Assembly: GCF_006345805.1 (NCBI RefSeq)
Contig: NC_042997.1
Location: forward strand, 202,554,001-202,618,000
Direction of reading: 5' to 3'
Source of the DNA: Octopus sinensis
Lineage: Eukaryota
DNA length: 64,000 nt
Shown piece by piece: positions 26,919-40,593 of the stretch. The translations under genes and the position numbers were made by a program. Under the pieces are notes generated by a model. That model did not search any database. It was not told where the DNA came from and saw only the letters and a list, made by a program, of their open reading frames with translations. Each line of letters opens with the position of its first letter. The first letter of the stretch is position 1.

Positions 26919-28059
26919 ACTTGGGCTCTATAAGTACCAATGATGTACTGGTGTTGTTATAGTTTGATATAACTATAAAGTTATTTATTTCTACTCATCC
27001 CACTCCAAGTTTGTGGTTTTGTTTCTCTATTGTGTCAAGTACGTAAAATTGAGGCTATTCATTCTCCAAATAACTCTACTCTGCTTAACATGACATTGAA
27101 ACTTAATATGAAACAATTTAGCCAGACAGGTGATCATCTTTCATCAGATATCTATGCACAGGGAATGTGCATTATAATGTTGGCTAAAATAATGCACTTG
27201 TTCAGGACACTGCAATTGCATCAAACTTTTCTTTGTCTGATTTTCATTCACAACCTAATTTCTATCATCAGAGAAAGCTTTCTCTGAAGCTTATGAAAAT
27301 ACATTTATTCTTTTAGTCTATATTCCAACAGGAATTATGTCATCAGCACACACTATAGTCTGACTAAAGCTGTATGTGTAGATACATTGTGTGTGTGTGT
27401 TATAGAACATCTGTCATATTTACAAAACATGGGTTTGAGTTCCATGGGTAAACTTTGGCCTTCTTTCATCCAAGAAGTACTTTAATCTAAATATTCTCAC
27501 CCTATTGTTTATAGCATTTTCTATTTCAAGTTCCACCATTAAAAATAATTTACTAAATACACACACACACACATATATATATACACACACACATACATAG
27601 GCGCAAGAATGGCTGTGTGGTAAGTAGTTTGCTTACCAACCACATGGTTCCAGGTTCAGTCCCACTGCATGGTACCTTGTCCAAGTGTCTTCTACTATAG
27701 CATCGGGCCAACCAAAGCCTTGTGAGTAAATTTGATAGATGGAAACTGAAAGAAGCCCATCATATATATGTGTGTGTATATGCTTGAGTCTGTGTTTGCC
27801 TCCCCAACATCGCTTGACAACCAATGCTGGTGTGTTTACATCGCCATAACTTAGCAGTTCAGCAAAAGAGACCGATAGGATAAGTACTAGGCTTACAAAG
27901 AACATCTCGATTTGCTCGACTAAAGGCAGTGCTCCAGCATGGCCACAGTCAAATGACTGAAACAATTAAAAGATTGGATTTGTATATATATATACACACA
28001 TACATACACAAACGCACACGCACACATATATATATACATGCAGTGATACCTCGTAGTAT

Positions 28060-28290
28060 GAGTTTAATTTGTTCCATGACTGGGCTCGTCTTATGATTTA
28101 CTCCAGTTCTATATTTAAGAGATGAGGAATTATGTACATTATTTACATTAATTACATTTGACACATATTTGTCCTCGTCTTGTTTGTTGTTAACACAAAA
28201 TTTCAGCTGATATACCCTCCAGCCTTCTTCAGGTGTCTTGGGGAAATTTTGAACCTGGGTTCACATTCCTAAGGTATTTTTCAATGTTAT
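28060..28290 (-). mobile_element. Penelope-like tail fragment with a minimal type I hammerhead motif (28192-28237)
   Basis: GACAC CTGAAGA AGGCTG-GAGGGTATAT-CAGCT GAAA TTTT GTGTT on the minus strand. Confidence 0.6.
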
Positions 28291-28309
28291 TATTACTTTA
28301 TACATGGCA

Positions 28310-28622
28310 CCAGCACCGGTCTCTCACAGGCAGTCCTCCTCACCAGGGTTCTTAACATTTCTGCTGTGGAGGACAGGTCTTCTTGAGTAGAACAAGGCAT
28401 CAGGTATCTCAGTCCTTTGACATTTTGTCTGAAAGGTTCAACATCCTGAGGTCATCCTTCAGTACCCCATCCCATGACTTACAGGGTCTCCCTTTTCCAC
28501 TAGTTCCATTCACCTTGAAAGATCAGCACTTCTTTATGGAGCTGTTGGCATCCATCAGACCATACCAGTGCAGTTTTCTCTCTTGCACCTGCATCTAATT
28601 CCCCTTATGCTTAACTTCTCTT
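28310..28622 (-). pseudogene. RTE ORF2 3' fragment, head-to-head with the next element
   Basis: The minus strand carries decayed ...ERKLHWYG...G(K)GRPCKSWD...LKDDLRML motifs followed by the start of a tail. Confidence 0.75.
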
Positions 28623-28624
28623 TC

Positions 28625-29835
28625 ATATATATACAAAAGGCATAGGTAGAAACTCTATAAGATGTACCCAGTGTAAGCTATGGACACATAAGAGGTGCAG
28701 CAATATCAAAGGAAGGCTAACTGGGAAGATGGTTTTTATATGTGACAAATGCTCAGGAGCAGTAAACACTGAAAATGTGCAGAAAACAGCTTCTGTCACA
28801 TTCCAGGGGGGAAAACTACAAATAGTTGATAGCTTCTGTTACCTAGGTGACCAAGTCAGTTGCAGGGGTGGATGCTCTGAAAGTGTAGCTGCTAGTAAAT
28901 GAATAGCCTGGGCAAAGTTCAGAGAGCTCCTACCTCTGCTGGTGACAAAAGGCCTCTCGCTCAAAGTAAAAAGCAGACTGTATGATGCATGTGTACAAAC
29001 AGCCATGCTACATTACTGCTGAGAACATGTGTAGGCTTGGAAGAAATAAAGACAGTATGCTCCGCTGGATATGTAATGTCAGTGTGCATACTCGACAGAG
29101 TGTAAGTACCCTGAGAGAAAAGTTGGACATAAGAAGCATCAGATGTGGTGTGCAAGAGAAACGACTGCACTGGTATGGTCATGGGTTGCGAATGGATGAG
29201 GACAGCTGTGTGAAAAAGTCTCACACCCAAGAAGTAGAAGGAACCTGTGGAAGAGGAAGACCTGGGATGAGGTGGTGAAGCATGACCATCAAACATTGGG
29301 TCTCACAGAGGCAATGACAAGTGACCAAGACCTTTGGAGATATGCTGTGCTTGAGAAGACCCAGTAAACCAGGTGAGACCATAACTGTGGAACTTGCCAG
29401 TGCAGCATAACCAGCCCATTTAAGAGTACCCTTCAATCACTGGGCAATAAACTGTGCTTGTAAAGACCTGTTGAGGCAAGGGAAATTGTTGTCGTAGCCG
29501 ATGACAGTACCACCTGATTGGCACCCATGCCAGTGGCACGTTAAAAGCACCATTTAAGCATGATTGTTGCCAGTGCCACCCAACTGCCTCCTGTGCTGGT
29601 GGCACATAAAAAGCACCATTCGAGCGTGATCATTGCCAGTGTTGCCTAACTGGCTCCTGTGCTGGTGGCATGTAAAAAACACCATTTAGCGTGGTCGTTG
29701 CCTGTGCTACCTGACTGGCCCTTGTGCCGGTGGTATGTAAAAAGTACCCACTACACTCTCAGAGTGGTTGGCATTAGGAAGGGCATCCAGCTGTAGAAAC
29801 TCTTTCGGATCAGATTGGAGGCTGGTGCAGCCTGG
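28625..29835 (+). pseudogene. 5'-truncated RTE-clade LINE: ORF2 C-terminal region plus 3'UTR tandem array
   Basis: KGIGRNSIRCTQCKLWTHKRCSNIKG...FICDKC...VDSFCYLGD...AWAKFRELLPLL...RLHWYGH...GRGRP, with stops and frameshifts. The ~66-bp repeats run 29500-29750. Confidence 0.92.
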
Positions 29836-32800
29836 TTCTGACAACTGGTGCTATTTAGCGCCAGTTGTCAGAACCTATGAACACATGGAATTATGAAACT
29901 AACTAATTATAAGACCATGGATTTAATTAACACTCTTCTCTTCTATCCTCCAGCTGATATAATGGAATTATGGACTTCACTAAAATGTGAGACTATTGAA
30001 TTAACAAACGTTTTTTTCTTTTCTCCTTTCTCTTCTTCACATTTTCTTTCTATTTATCTTTGCCATATAATCATTCCGATGATGTCTATCAATTGCAATG
30101 AGGTGAACCCAAATTTACCCCAGCTTGATATACTGAAACAGCTGTTAACATACTCTCTTCTTAATTAAATAATAACTTTATAACACCATTGATCCACTTC
30201 TCACTGTTTATTGCTCCGTTTCTTATTGACTTTATATATATTAAACCACGATTTACCTTTTAAATTACCTACTACCATATACCTAATAACAAGGACCATG
30301 GAATGCCTATGGATACATCTGTCCCTTGGATGGTTACATTACCTCTAACTTATATCTTGCACAACATATATGTATATATATGTATATATATATATATATA
30401 TATGTATATATGTGTGTGTGTGTATATATATATGTATATATATATATATGTATGTATGTATGTATGTGTATATATATGTATACATGTGTATATATATGTA
30501 TATGTGTTTATAAGCATATATATGTTTATATGTATATATATATATATGTATGTATACATATTGAAAATTAGGGAATGGAGTAGATTAAATCCAGGCTACA
30601 TATGTTTCATAGGTGGAGAAACCTCAGAAGTAGTAATTACCCAAACAGGAGGTAATCTGCTAGCTACTCGTCAGGCCAAAGATACTTTAATCAAATGAAG
30701 TGTACATTGTTGTCAAGGCATCCCATGTTAACTTGCATGAGACATACATCTTTTGTCCAACTTGTTTCAGTCATCAGACTGTGGCACCACCTTGAAGAAT
30801 TTAGTTGAACAAATTGACCCCAATACTTATTTTTAAAATTGGTACTTTTTCTGTTGGCTTTTTTTTTTGCTAAACCACTTAAGTTATGAGGACATAAACA
30901 AACCAACACTGGTTGTCAAGTTGTGGTGAGGGACAAACTCAAAAACACATATACATACATATATATGCGTATATATGATGGACTGCTACACAGTTTCTGA
31001 TGAACTAGGTTTGTGTGATAAGCCTACAAAAATTTTAAATGCATAGTGTCAAATCAGACTTACTAAATAATAACATATATATTGTCGTTGCCAGTACCAC
31101 CTGACTGGCTCTCGTGCCGGTGGCATGTAAAGTCACCACTACACTCTCGGAGTGGTTGGCATTAGGAAGGGCATCTAGCTGTAGAAACTCTGCTAGATCA
31201 GATTGAAGCCTGGTGCAGCCATGTGGTTTGCCAATCCTCAGTCAAATCATCCAACCCATGCTAGCATGGAAAGCGATGATGATGATGTCCAACCCATGCC
31301 AGCATGGAAAATGAATATTAAATATTGCTGATGATTATTTATTTACACACATATATACATAATATAGTTTAGTTAAATTCATTTATATATTTCAAATTAA
31401 AAAATTTCATTCAACTTTGGAGTTAGATCCAGATTTAGTAGCATATTGATCTGATTAGATTAGTGGTAAACATTTGAGAAGCTTCTATACATAACTGTTT
31501 CCAAGTTTATCTGTAGATACGAGACCATTGTTTTGCTTAGCAATACCCACCTTGGTTATTAAATATATCATCATCTGTCAGCCTTGTGAAGTTACATGCT
31601 TGTTTTATGAGGGATGTTCTCTCATCTCTGTATTCCCCTTTGAAGTACTTAATGCTGTGATGTCATCATCATCATCATCATCATTTAACATCCGTTGTCC
31701 ATGCTGGCATGGGTTGGACAGTTTGACTGGGACAGCATGCTGGAAGGCTACTCCAGGCTCCACTCTGATTTGGCATGGTTTTCTACAGCTGGATGCCCTT
31801 CCTAATGCCAACCACTCTAAGAGTGTAATGGGTGTTTTTACGTGTCACTGGCATAGTTGCCATTTGTGTGACACCGGTATCTGTCACAACTTCGATTTTG
31901 CTTGGCTTGATAGGTCTTCTTCTCAAGCCAACATAATGCCAAAAGTCTTCTGGTTTAGAAAAAATTTTATTAAAAAAAAAAAGAAAACAGTTATAATTAT
32001 AGTATCAAATTGGTTTATATGTCTCAAACTGGTTGAGCATAAAATCATCACGATTATTTTAATGTCCACTTTTCCATGCTTGCATGGGTTGGGCAGAGTT
32101 TATTGAGGCAGATTCTCTATGGCCAGATGCCTTCCTTCCACTAATCATCACTTGTTTCCAGGCAAGGTAATATTTCCTTATCGCCACACATGTTCTTATG
32201 AAATATCTCAACTGAAAGATAATGCTTGTATGACAGTGACACTCATTTACATCTATCATACAAGACCATGTCTGACCATGAGGAAATATTACTTTGCTTG
32301 GAGACAGGTGACAGTTAGAGGCAGAACTGCATCCAGCCATAGAAAATCTGCCTCATTGAATTCCATCAAAACTTGCAAATGGACATTAAAACCAGTGACG
32401 GTAGTAATAATAATAGTGATGATTCTGGATTAAGGAGAGAGAGCACTTGTCAAGAGTCATGGGAAGCCAATGATGATGTAATCTTACTTTTCTTTTGCTT
32501 GTTTTAGGAGATTTATTTGCAATGCTATATCATCTCTTTTCAAAATTCATTCAATTTGCAATGCTATATCATCTCTTCAAAATTCATTCATTTCCTGTAT
32601 TCTGTGGGAACATGTTTGGTCCTGGGGATATATCACCTTGCTTGGTAACAGATAAGGGTTGGTGACAGGAAGAGCATGCAGCTGTGGAAAATCTGCCTCA
32701 ATAAACGTCATTTAACTCCATCCAACTCAAGCAAGCATGGAAAAGTGGATGTTAAAATGATGGTGATAATGATTCCAATCCACTTTCTTGCTCTCACTGC

Positions 32801-33228
32801 CCTGTACCCAGGTTTTCACCAGTCACTGCAATCCCCACTCCCTACTTGCACCTTCTTGACAACACCTGACCGTACATATTACAACCTTCATACCTCTCTT
32901 TTCTTTACCATCACATCTATGCTCTGATCCTCATTACTTGTGAGTGTACCCTGGCACTTCACCATCTCTCTCCTGATCTCTCTTACACTTTTGCTGTTTC
33001 CTACTCTCTCTCTCTCTTTCCTTTGGCTGGGTAGCCATGTACCTCCTCTTTAGCAGCACACTTATTTTTGCCCTCATTCCTAGTTGGTCTCTCTCTCTCC
33101 TTCTCTCTTTCTCTCTCTCTCCCATTCTCTCTTTCTCTCTCTCCTCTCTCACTGGGTAACTATGTACCTCCTCTATAGCAAGATATCTATTTCTGCCTCC
33201 CTATTTCTGCTAATGTATTATTATTTGA

Positions 33229-33430
33229 ATGCCTCACACACGACTTCCTAAGAGACTGTTTTACAGCAAACTGGTGGAAGACAAGCACACACACGGTGGA
33301 CAGAAAAAGCACTTCATGGACACACTCGAAGTCTCACTGAAGAGCTTTGAGATCAACCCTGACAAGCACAAGACTGCTCTGACTGGTGAAGATGCACCAA
33401 CAGAAGTGTCACCTCCTGCAAACAGAATAT
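33229..33430 (+). pseudogene. RTE ORF2 C-terminal fragment (a different RTE family)
   Basis: MPHTRLPKRLFYSKL...GGQKKHFMDTLEVSLKSFEINP matches the RTE motif MPDxRLPKxxFYGEL...GGQKKRFKDTLK. Confidence 0.85.
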
Positions 33431-33987
33431 CATTGTAGGGGTATAAATCATCATCATCATCATCATTTGGTGTCTGCTTTCTATGCTGGCATGGGTTAGA
33501 CGGTTTGGCTGAAATGGTAAGTGGGAGAGCTGCACCAAGTTCCAGTCTGGTTTGGTATGGTTTCTGATCTGGTATAGTACAACCAACCATTACTCATGAA
33601 CAAGTATGGCTTGATAAGATGTACCATGCTTTTGGTAGTTGTTTTGGGGTGTCTATGGATTAGTGAGCAGATATAGACACTCTCTTGAGCTGGGATGTGA
33701 CAGTTGCAAGGCTGGAGTGCTACACCAGCTCTCAGCTGGTACTCATTACATCTGAGTAGACTGGAGCAGCGAGAAAGGACACAATATACTGATCAAATTA
33801 GGAATTGAACTTATGGCCTTATGATCATGCACCAAACACCCTAACCACTAAACCATGTGAATTTACTAATCTGCTTCTTTAATTCCAGAGCTGTATATTA
33901 TTAATTTTAGCCAGCAATTAATCATACTCCATGTCAATAATTATTATTTTTTCATCTCTTTTTCTTCTTTTTTCTTGTCTTTTCCAG

Positions 33988-34033
33988 AATCGTGTACCAT
34001 TTATTAATTTACCAGATGAAATTATTACTGGAG
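33988..34033 (+). CDS. Candidate exon NRVPFINLPDEIITG
   Basis: A very long polypyrimidine tract ending ttttccag and donor GAG|gtaaaa. Phase 0 to 1. Confidence 0.55.
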
Positions 34034-34419
34034 GTAAAACATTATTTCTGAATTAGAAAATTTATTCTTTACATGGAGGTAATTTCATGACAATTACTTC
34101 TTTTGAGATAACGATTGTATGTAAACACCACAACAGCATGGTTCAGAAAGTTTACCCAGTTGTGTAAATCTAATGACATTCCTTTCTATATTCTGGTATC
34201 TCTGCCTGATATAAATGTCGGTTGGTTTTTCTAGTCACACTTTATATCATATATGTAGAGAGAGAGAGAGAGTGAAAGAGAGTAAAAGAAAGATATAGAG
34301 AGATTTCACTTAAGAGGAACACAATGAGTGCACATTCTAGGCTTGCTGGCTGGTAATGTGTAAATGAACACCACACACAAGGTAAAGAGAAAGTATCATA
34401 GAGACTATGAAGAAGGAGA

Positions 34420-34450
<31 letters not shown>

Positions 34451-34684
34451 GGGGATGAGTGTGTGTGTGTGTGTGCCTCTGTTACTCTTTTACTTGTTTC
34501 AGTCATTTGACTGTGGCCATGCTGGAGCACTGCCTCTAGTTGACCAAATTGACCCCAGGACTTATTCTTTGTAAGCCTAGTACTTATTCTATCAGTCTAT
34601 TTTGCCGAACCGCTAAGTTACGGGGACATAAACACACCAGCATCGGTTGTCAAGCAATGTTGGGGTGACAAACACAGACACACA

Positions 34685-34729
<45 letters not shown>

Positions 34730-35915
34730 ATATACGACGGGCTTCTTTCAGTTTCCATCTACCAAATCTACTCACAAGGCTTTGGTCGACTTGAGGCTAT
34801 AGCAGAAGACACTTGCCTAAGCTGCCACGCAGTGGGACCGAACCTGGAGCCATGTGGTTGGCCATATTGACAGGAGCTGGAGAGCTGCACCCGGTTCCAA
34901 TTGTCTGGATGCCCTTCCTAATGCCAACCACTTTACAGAGTTGACTGGGTGCTTTTCATGTGGAACTAGCACCTGTAGGACTGCCAGGTAGCTTGTCAGG
35001 GGACAATGAGTACAAGCATTATGTAGTTAAGAATGTCCCCTCACAACCACATAGCTCTGAGTTCGATCCCACTGTAAAGCACCTTCAGCAAGTATCTTCT
35101 TCTATATCTTTCTACCATCTAATGCTTTATGAGTGGAATCTGGTTGTTGTGAACTGTGTGGAAGCCTTTGTTATGTGTCATTACCATCATCGTTTTGAGT
35201 GCTTAAGTTAACTAGAAGCTATGGTAAAGACACTTAAGATGTCACACAGTGGGATTGAACCCAGAATCTCATGAATGTGAAGTAAACTTCTTCACCACTT
35301 GGCCACACATTGTATTAAGGACAAACAAATTTAATTTCCTGGAGCTGATATTCTAAATAAAATATTTGCTAAGTTTTGTTTTTTTCCTTTCCCCATTATA
35401 TACATCCAAATTCCATAGTTTAATTAGAGTGAAGTAAAGATAGTTAACTGTTAATTGCAGTAATTTGATATTAAAATAATTAGCAATCTTCTTTTACATT
35501 TATTAATTACTGTGCTAGACATAATGCTTAGTGGCATTTTCCGGATCTTTATGTTCCAAGTTCAAATCCTTCCAAAGTCAAATTTGCCTTTCATCTTTTT
35601 AGGGTCAATAAAATAAAGTACCCGTCAAATACTGGGGGTTGATGTAATTGATTAATCCCCTAATACTAAAATTAGTGACCTTGTGCCCAAATTAGAAAGA
35701 ACTATTCTTAAGGAATTAGAGACAGTGGAATATAAGGGAGTTTAGATTTAGGAGATTAAAGGTCAAAGTGAAGGTTCACTAAAATCTACAGGGTAGTGAA
35801 TTACTAAGTGAACTGTGATATGATTTGTAAAATCATCTGAAAATAGTCCTTTTATCAAATAATGGTTTAAAAGTAAAAGCATTAGTTGTGCATATTCCCA
35901 AAACATTGTAAACTA

Positions 35916-36248
35916 GCATTTGCTTGTCATAGTGCTAGTGCATGCATATACACTCGAGTACTGTCTAAATCTCCTACCAATCGCATACAGCTAGCTGGCA
36001 TTCAATTGGCGTATCAAGTTCTGGGCATTTTGATTGGGTTTTGTATTGAAAATTCACAAAATAGTCACTTCTATTGATTTTTTAATGGCTTTGTGGGGTG
36101 ACTGGGGAAATGTAAAGATGTACACGACCACCCTTGGACGGTTTTGACTGACCATAGAAAGTGCAAGCCCTCTAATTAAAAAATTGTGGATTTGTATAAA
36201 GGACACACACACAAACAGACATTTTGCCGTTTATATATATATATAGAT
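35916..36248 (-). mobile_element. Non-autonomous Helitron
   Basis: The minus strand starts a|TCTATATATATATAAACGGC and ends CTAG|t. It is colinear with 39858-40593, but the 3' hairpin is eroded. Confidence 0.8.
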
Positions 36249-36299
36249 TACGACTGAGAATGTTTTCATGATGAGGTCTTTGCTAGGTTTACTTTTGGA

Positions 36300-36760
36300 T
36301 ATCTCGATTCTCACTCTGCTTGCATGTTGAAATTTCTTGAACAAACTCAGCATACAGGAGCTCCCTTTGTCATGGCCTGAAGAATTATGATAAACAGGAG
36401 GAAGCTGAGAAAAGAGCCATGAGGCACACCGGCCTGTGTGATAAATTCCCAGCTAAACTGATTTACTCTTGCATTGCTGATGGCATCTCAGATCTCACAA
36501 GCCATCCATGTAGACATAGGGCCTCTCTAGGTCAATGAATGTTAGGTATAGTAGCTTATTCTTAGCTAGGAACTTCTATGGTTATCTCTCTAGGAATAAG
36601 GCATTGGTGGCACTCTGTCCAGGTACAAATCCAAACTGGATCTATTTCATTTCCTAATCAGTTCTGCTTTAACTCTTTCTGTTACATTCACAACTGGGTC
36701 CCTCTCTTTGATGTCTTTGTAGTTGCTTCTCTCTAGAGCATCTCTTTTTCCCTGTAGCAG
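36300..36760 (-). pseudogene. Decayed RTE reverse-transcriptase fragment
   Basis: GKRDALERSNYKDIK...QFGFVPGQSATNALF...KFLAKNKLLYLTFIDLE...GVPHGSFLSFLLFIIILQAM...ELLYA. Confidence 0.85.
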
Positions 36761-37744
36761 TTGATGACGATACTGCTATATTAGTTACAGTGTGGGTTAC
36801 ATGTCCCTGTACTAATTGATTAATTATGCAAGTAATTAACTTATTTACTACTTCACTATTTTAAGCTCTTAGTCCAGTTACTATCACTGCCTCTATATCT
36901 TGCATCGAACTTTCAGACATATAATTGATTCCTTTGTTGGATCTAATTAGAGGGGACCATTTCTTTCCCACACATTCTCTCATTCAGCAGTTTCACCTCT
37001 TTTACTCTTTTACTTGTTTCAGTCATGTGACTGTGGCCATGCTGGAGCACCACCTTTTAGTCGAGCAAATCGACCCCAAGACTTATTCTTTGTTAACCTA
37101 ATACTTATTCTGTCAGTCACTTTTGCCGAACTGCTAAGTTACGGCAACATAAACACACCAGCATCGGTTGTCAAGTGATGTTGGGGGGGACAAACACAGA
37201 CACACAAACACACATATATATGGCGGGCTTCTTTCAGTTTCTGTCTACCAAATCTACTCACAAGGTTTTGGTTGGCCTGAGGCTATAGTAGAAGACACTT
37301 GCCCCAGGTGCCATGCAGTGGGACTGAACCTGGAACCATGTGGTTCGTAAGCAAGCTACTTACCACACAGCCACTCCTTGTAACATTTCTATGCCTCTTT
37401 TGTTAGTTCATTTATGCCAGAACTCCAACAGCCTTGAACCCACCTCATTTCTTGTACTGTTTCATACCAAATGCCAAGTCACTGCAAGCAGGTCTCACAA
37501 ACTTTTAACTTCTCTGTTTCACCTGACTATAGCATATGTACAGCAATAACTGTTATGGTCATATTATGAGTGACTAATCTCAGCTTAATTATTCTGTCTC
37601 ATACTCTGGCTATCTCAGTTACTTTATCTATTTCTCCACCCCTCTCACCTTAGAAATTTCTCACCTAGAGAAATTTGTACTTAAAAATTTGTAATGCATA
37701 TAACAATGAATTCAAATGAGGTTGCATCTAGCAATGAATGAAGG

Positions 37745-38110
37745 TAAGGTTACACCAAGGCTCAATTCTCAGCCCCCTTCTGTCCAATATAATTCTCCAA
37801 ATCATAACAAAATGTTTAAGACCAGCTTTCCATGTTAATGACCTAGTTTTTTTATATAACTGAATTGGTGGTGGTAGTAAGAGTAGTAGTTGCAGTAGTA
37901 GCATTAGTAGAAGAAGAAAAAATTCCAGACGTAGAAACCTAGAACTGAGAAGCCTCGAAATAAATCTAGCAAAGTTTAAATAATTAGCAAGAGAGAGGAC
38001 AGGATTCTGGTTACCATTAGGGAAATGGCCATTCTTGGCATGTACAGAATGAGTAGCTAGTAATTCCATACCTTTTACACAATGTAAACTATGGACACAC
38101 AAGAGGTGTG
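37745..38110 (+). pseudogene. Decayed RTE RT / Zn-finger fragment
   Basis: VRLHQGSILSPLLSNIILQIIT...LEINLAK...GKWPFLAC...SNSI..TQCKLWTHKRC. Confidence 0.75.
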
Positions 38111-38990
38111 TTCAATATACATTTCTGCTTCTGATTTTGAAAGGAAGAGAGTTGATAGAGCAATCATTTGTTTTTTCATTGTTAAAAATGTTGTCCTAGC
38201 TCTTGGTGAAATTTCTTTTAAGCAATCTTTTTTTTTTTTTTTTTTTTTTTTTCATATTACTGCCCTTGTTGAGAGGGGAAGGTCCTTTTTTTTTATCACA
38301 GTAAAAATATTTATAAAACTCCACATTGGCAGCTATTTCTTGTAGGTCAAGCCACCAAATAGAAACTCCTTCATTAGCTTAATGAGGAACAATTTTTGTA
38401 ATTTAACACATGATAATGAATTATTGAGCTAGCAACAACTAATATAACTGGGCCTGACAGGAAGAGCAATTAGTTCATCCTTTTGATACACATCTGAGAT
38501 TCCCTTGTCCTAGCTCTCTGATACAAATCCCCTGTTTTAAAGTGATATAAATTAAAACTTTCTATCAAAATTTCATGCTTAAGAATGACAAAGTTATTTC
38601 ACTAAATTCTTCAAGCTCACTTTTCAGTCATGTGGTCTCATGTTCAGTCCCACTGTGTAGCACTTTGGACATATGTTTTCTATTACAGCCCTGGGTCAAC
38701 CGTCAACCAATGCCTTGTGAGTGAATTTGGTAAGCGGAAATTGTGTAAAAGCCATTGCATATATGTGTGTGTTTGTGTGTCTCTGTTTCCTTATCCCCTC
38801 CCCACTTAATTGTTGTTGGTTTGTTTTTATCCCTTGTAGGCACAGGAGTGGCTGTGTTGTAAGAAACTTGCTTTCCAACCACATGGTTCCTGGTTCAGTC
38901 CCACTGCATAGCACCTTGAGGAAGTGTCTTCTACTGTAGTCTTGGGCTGACCAAAGCCTTGTGAATGGATTTGGTAGACAGAAACCCGTC

Positions 38991-39048
<58 letters not shown>

Positions 39049-39857
39049 TTGTGTGTCTGTGTTTGTCCCCACCCACCATTGCTTGACAATCAATGTTGGT
39101 GTGCTTACATCCCCATAACCTAGCAGTTCAGCAAAAGAAACCAATAGAATAAATACTAGGCTCACAAAAAATAAGTCCTGGGATCGATTTGTTCAACTAA
39201 AGGCAGTGCTCCAGCATGGCTGCAGTCAAATGACTGAAACAAGTAAAAGCATAAAAGAATGTAACTTAGCAGTTCAATAAAAGAGACTGATAATATAAAT
39301 ACCAGACTTTAAAAATAATAAGTATCGCGGGATCAATTGGTTTGACCAAGCATTTCAAGATAGTGCCCCAGTGAAATGAATGAAACAAGTTAAAGATAAG
39401 AAGTATTTAAATTAATAAAAAGAAAAAGCAGTATATTTCAACAGATATATCATAACAAAAGAATTAGAGGTATAAAACAGGACATGCACTGACTTGTGAT
39501 GAAATAGTTTTATTTGAGTAAATACTAGTTCAATGTTTTATCAAAATCAATACAAAAAGATTAAAGAGAATAATGGCTTCTGTTTGACATTTCTTGTCAC
39601 CAGGAACTGCAGTGAACCAAAGGGAGTTAATTTTCACATTTTTACGACAGTAAATTATTTGACTAAATTGTCACAACATACTTGCACTATTGATACCATC
39701 ATAATTGTTTTAACATTCACTCTTCGATGCTTGCATGGGTTAAACAGAATTTATTAAGGTAAATTTTCTACAGCTGAATTCCCTGCCTGTTGCCACCCAT
39801 CACCTGTTTCCAAGCAAGATAATATTTCCTCATACCCAGGCGTGTTTTTGCAGAATA

Positions 39858-40593
39858 TCTCTATATATATGAACGGCAAAATGTGTGTGTGCGTGTCCTT
39901 TATACAAATCCACAATTTTTCAGTTAGAGGGCTCGCACTTTCTATGGTTATTCAAAACTGTCCAAGGGTGGTCATGCACATCTTTAAATTTCCCCAGTCA
40001 CCCTGCAAAGCCATTAAAAAATCAATAGAAGTGACTTTTTTACTCTTTTACTTGTTTCAGTCATTTTGACTGCGGCCATGCTGGTGCACCGCCTTTAGTC
40101 GAGCAAATCGACCCCGGGACTTATTCTTTGTAAGCCCAGTGCTTATTCTATCAGTCTCTTTTGCCGAACCGCTAAGTGACGGGGACGTGAACACACCAGC
40201 ATCGGTTGTCAAGCAATGCTAGGGGGACAAACACACACACACACATATATACATACATACATATATACGACAGGCTTCTTTCAGTTTCCGTCTACCAAAT
40301 CCACTCACAAGGCATTGCTATAGCAGAAGACACTTGCCCAAGATGCCACGCAGTGGGACTGAACCCAGAACCATGTGGTTGGTTAGCAAGCTACTTACCA
40401 CACAGCCACTCCTGTGAATTTTCTATCCAAAACTCAATCAAAATGCCTGAAACTTGATACGCCAATTGAAAGCTTGCTAGCTATATGTGATTGGTCGGAG
40501 ATTTGGACAGTACTCGCATGTATGTGCGCACACACGCAGCTGTATATGCATGCACCAGCACTAAGACCTGGCAACGCCGGGTCACAGTGCTAG
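39858..40593 (+). mobile_element. Non-autonomous Helitron carrying a SINE A insertion (40040-40412)
   Basis: 5' a|TC, 3' hairpin GACCTGGC-AAC-GCCGGGTC, then CTAG|t. Confidence 0.88.

Noticed and set aside
27599-27680. Possible tRNA genes at SINE heads
   Set aside because: A/B-box-like motifs are present, but I see no complete cloverleaf and they run directly into SINE bodies.
30303-30698. YI/CV-repeat ORFs (also at 3532-3836)
   Set aside because: They are translations of (TA)n/(TG)n microsatellites.
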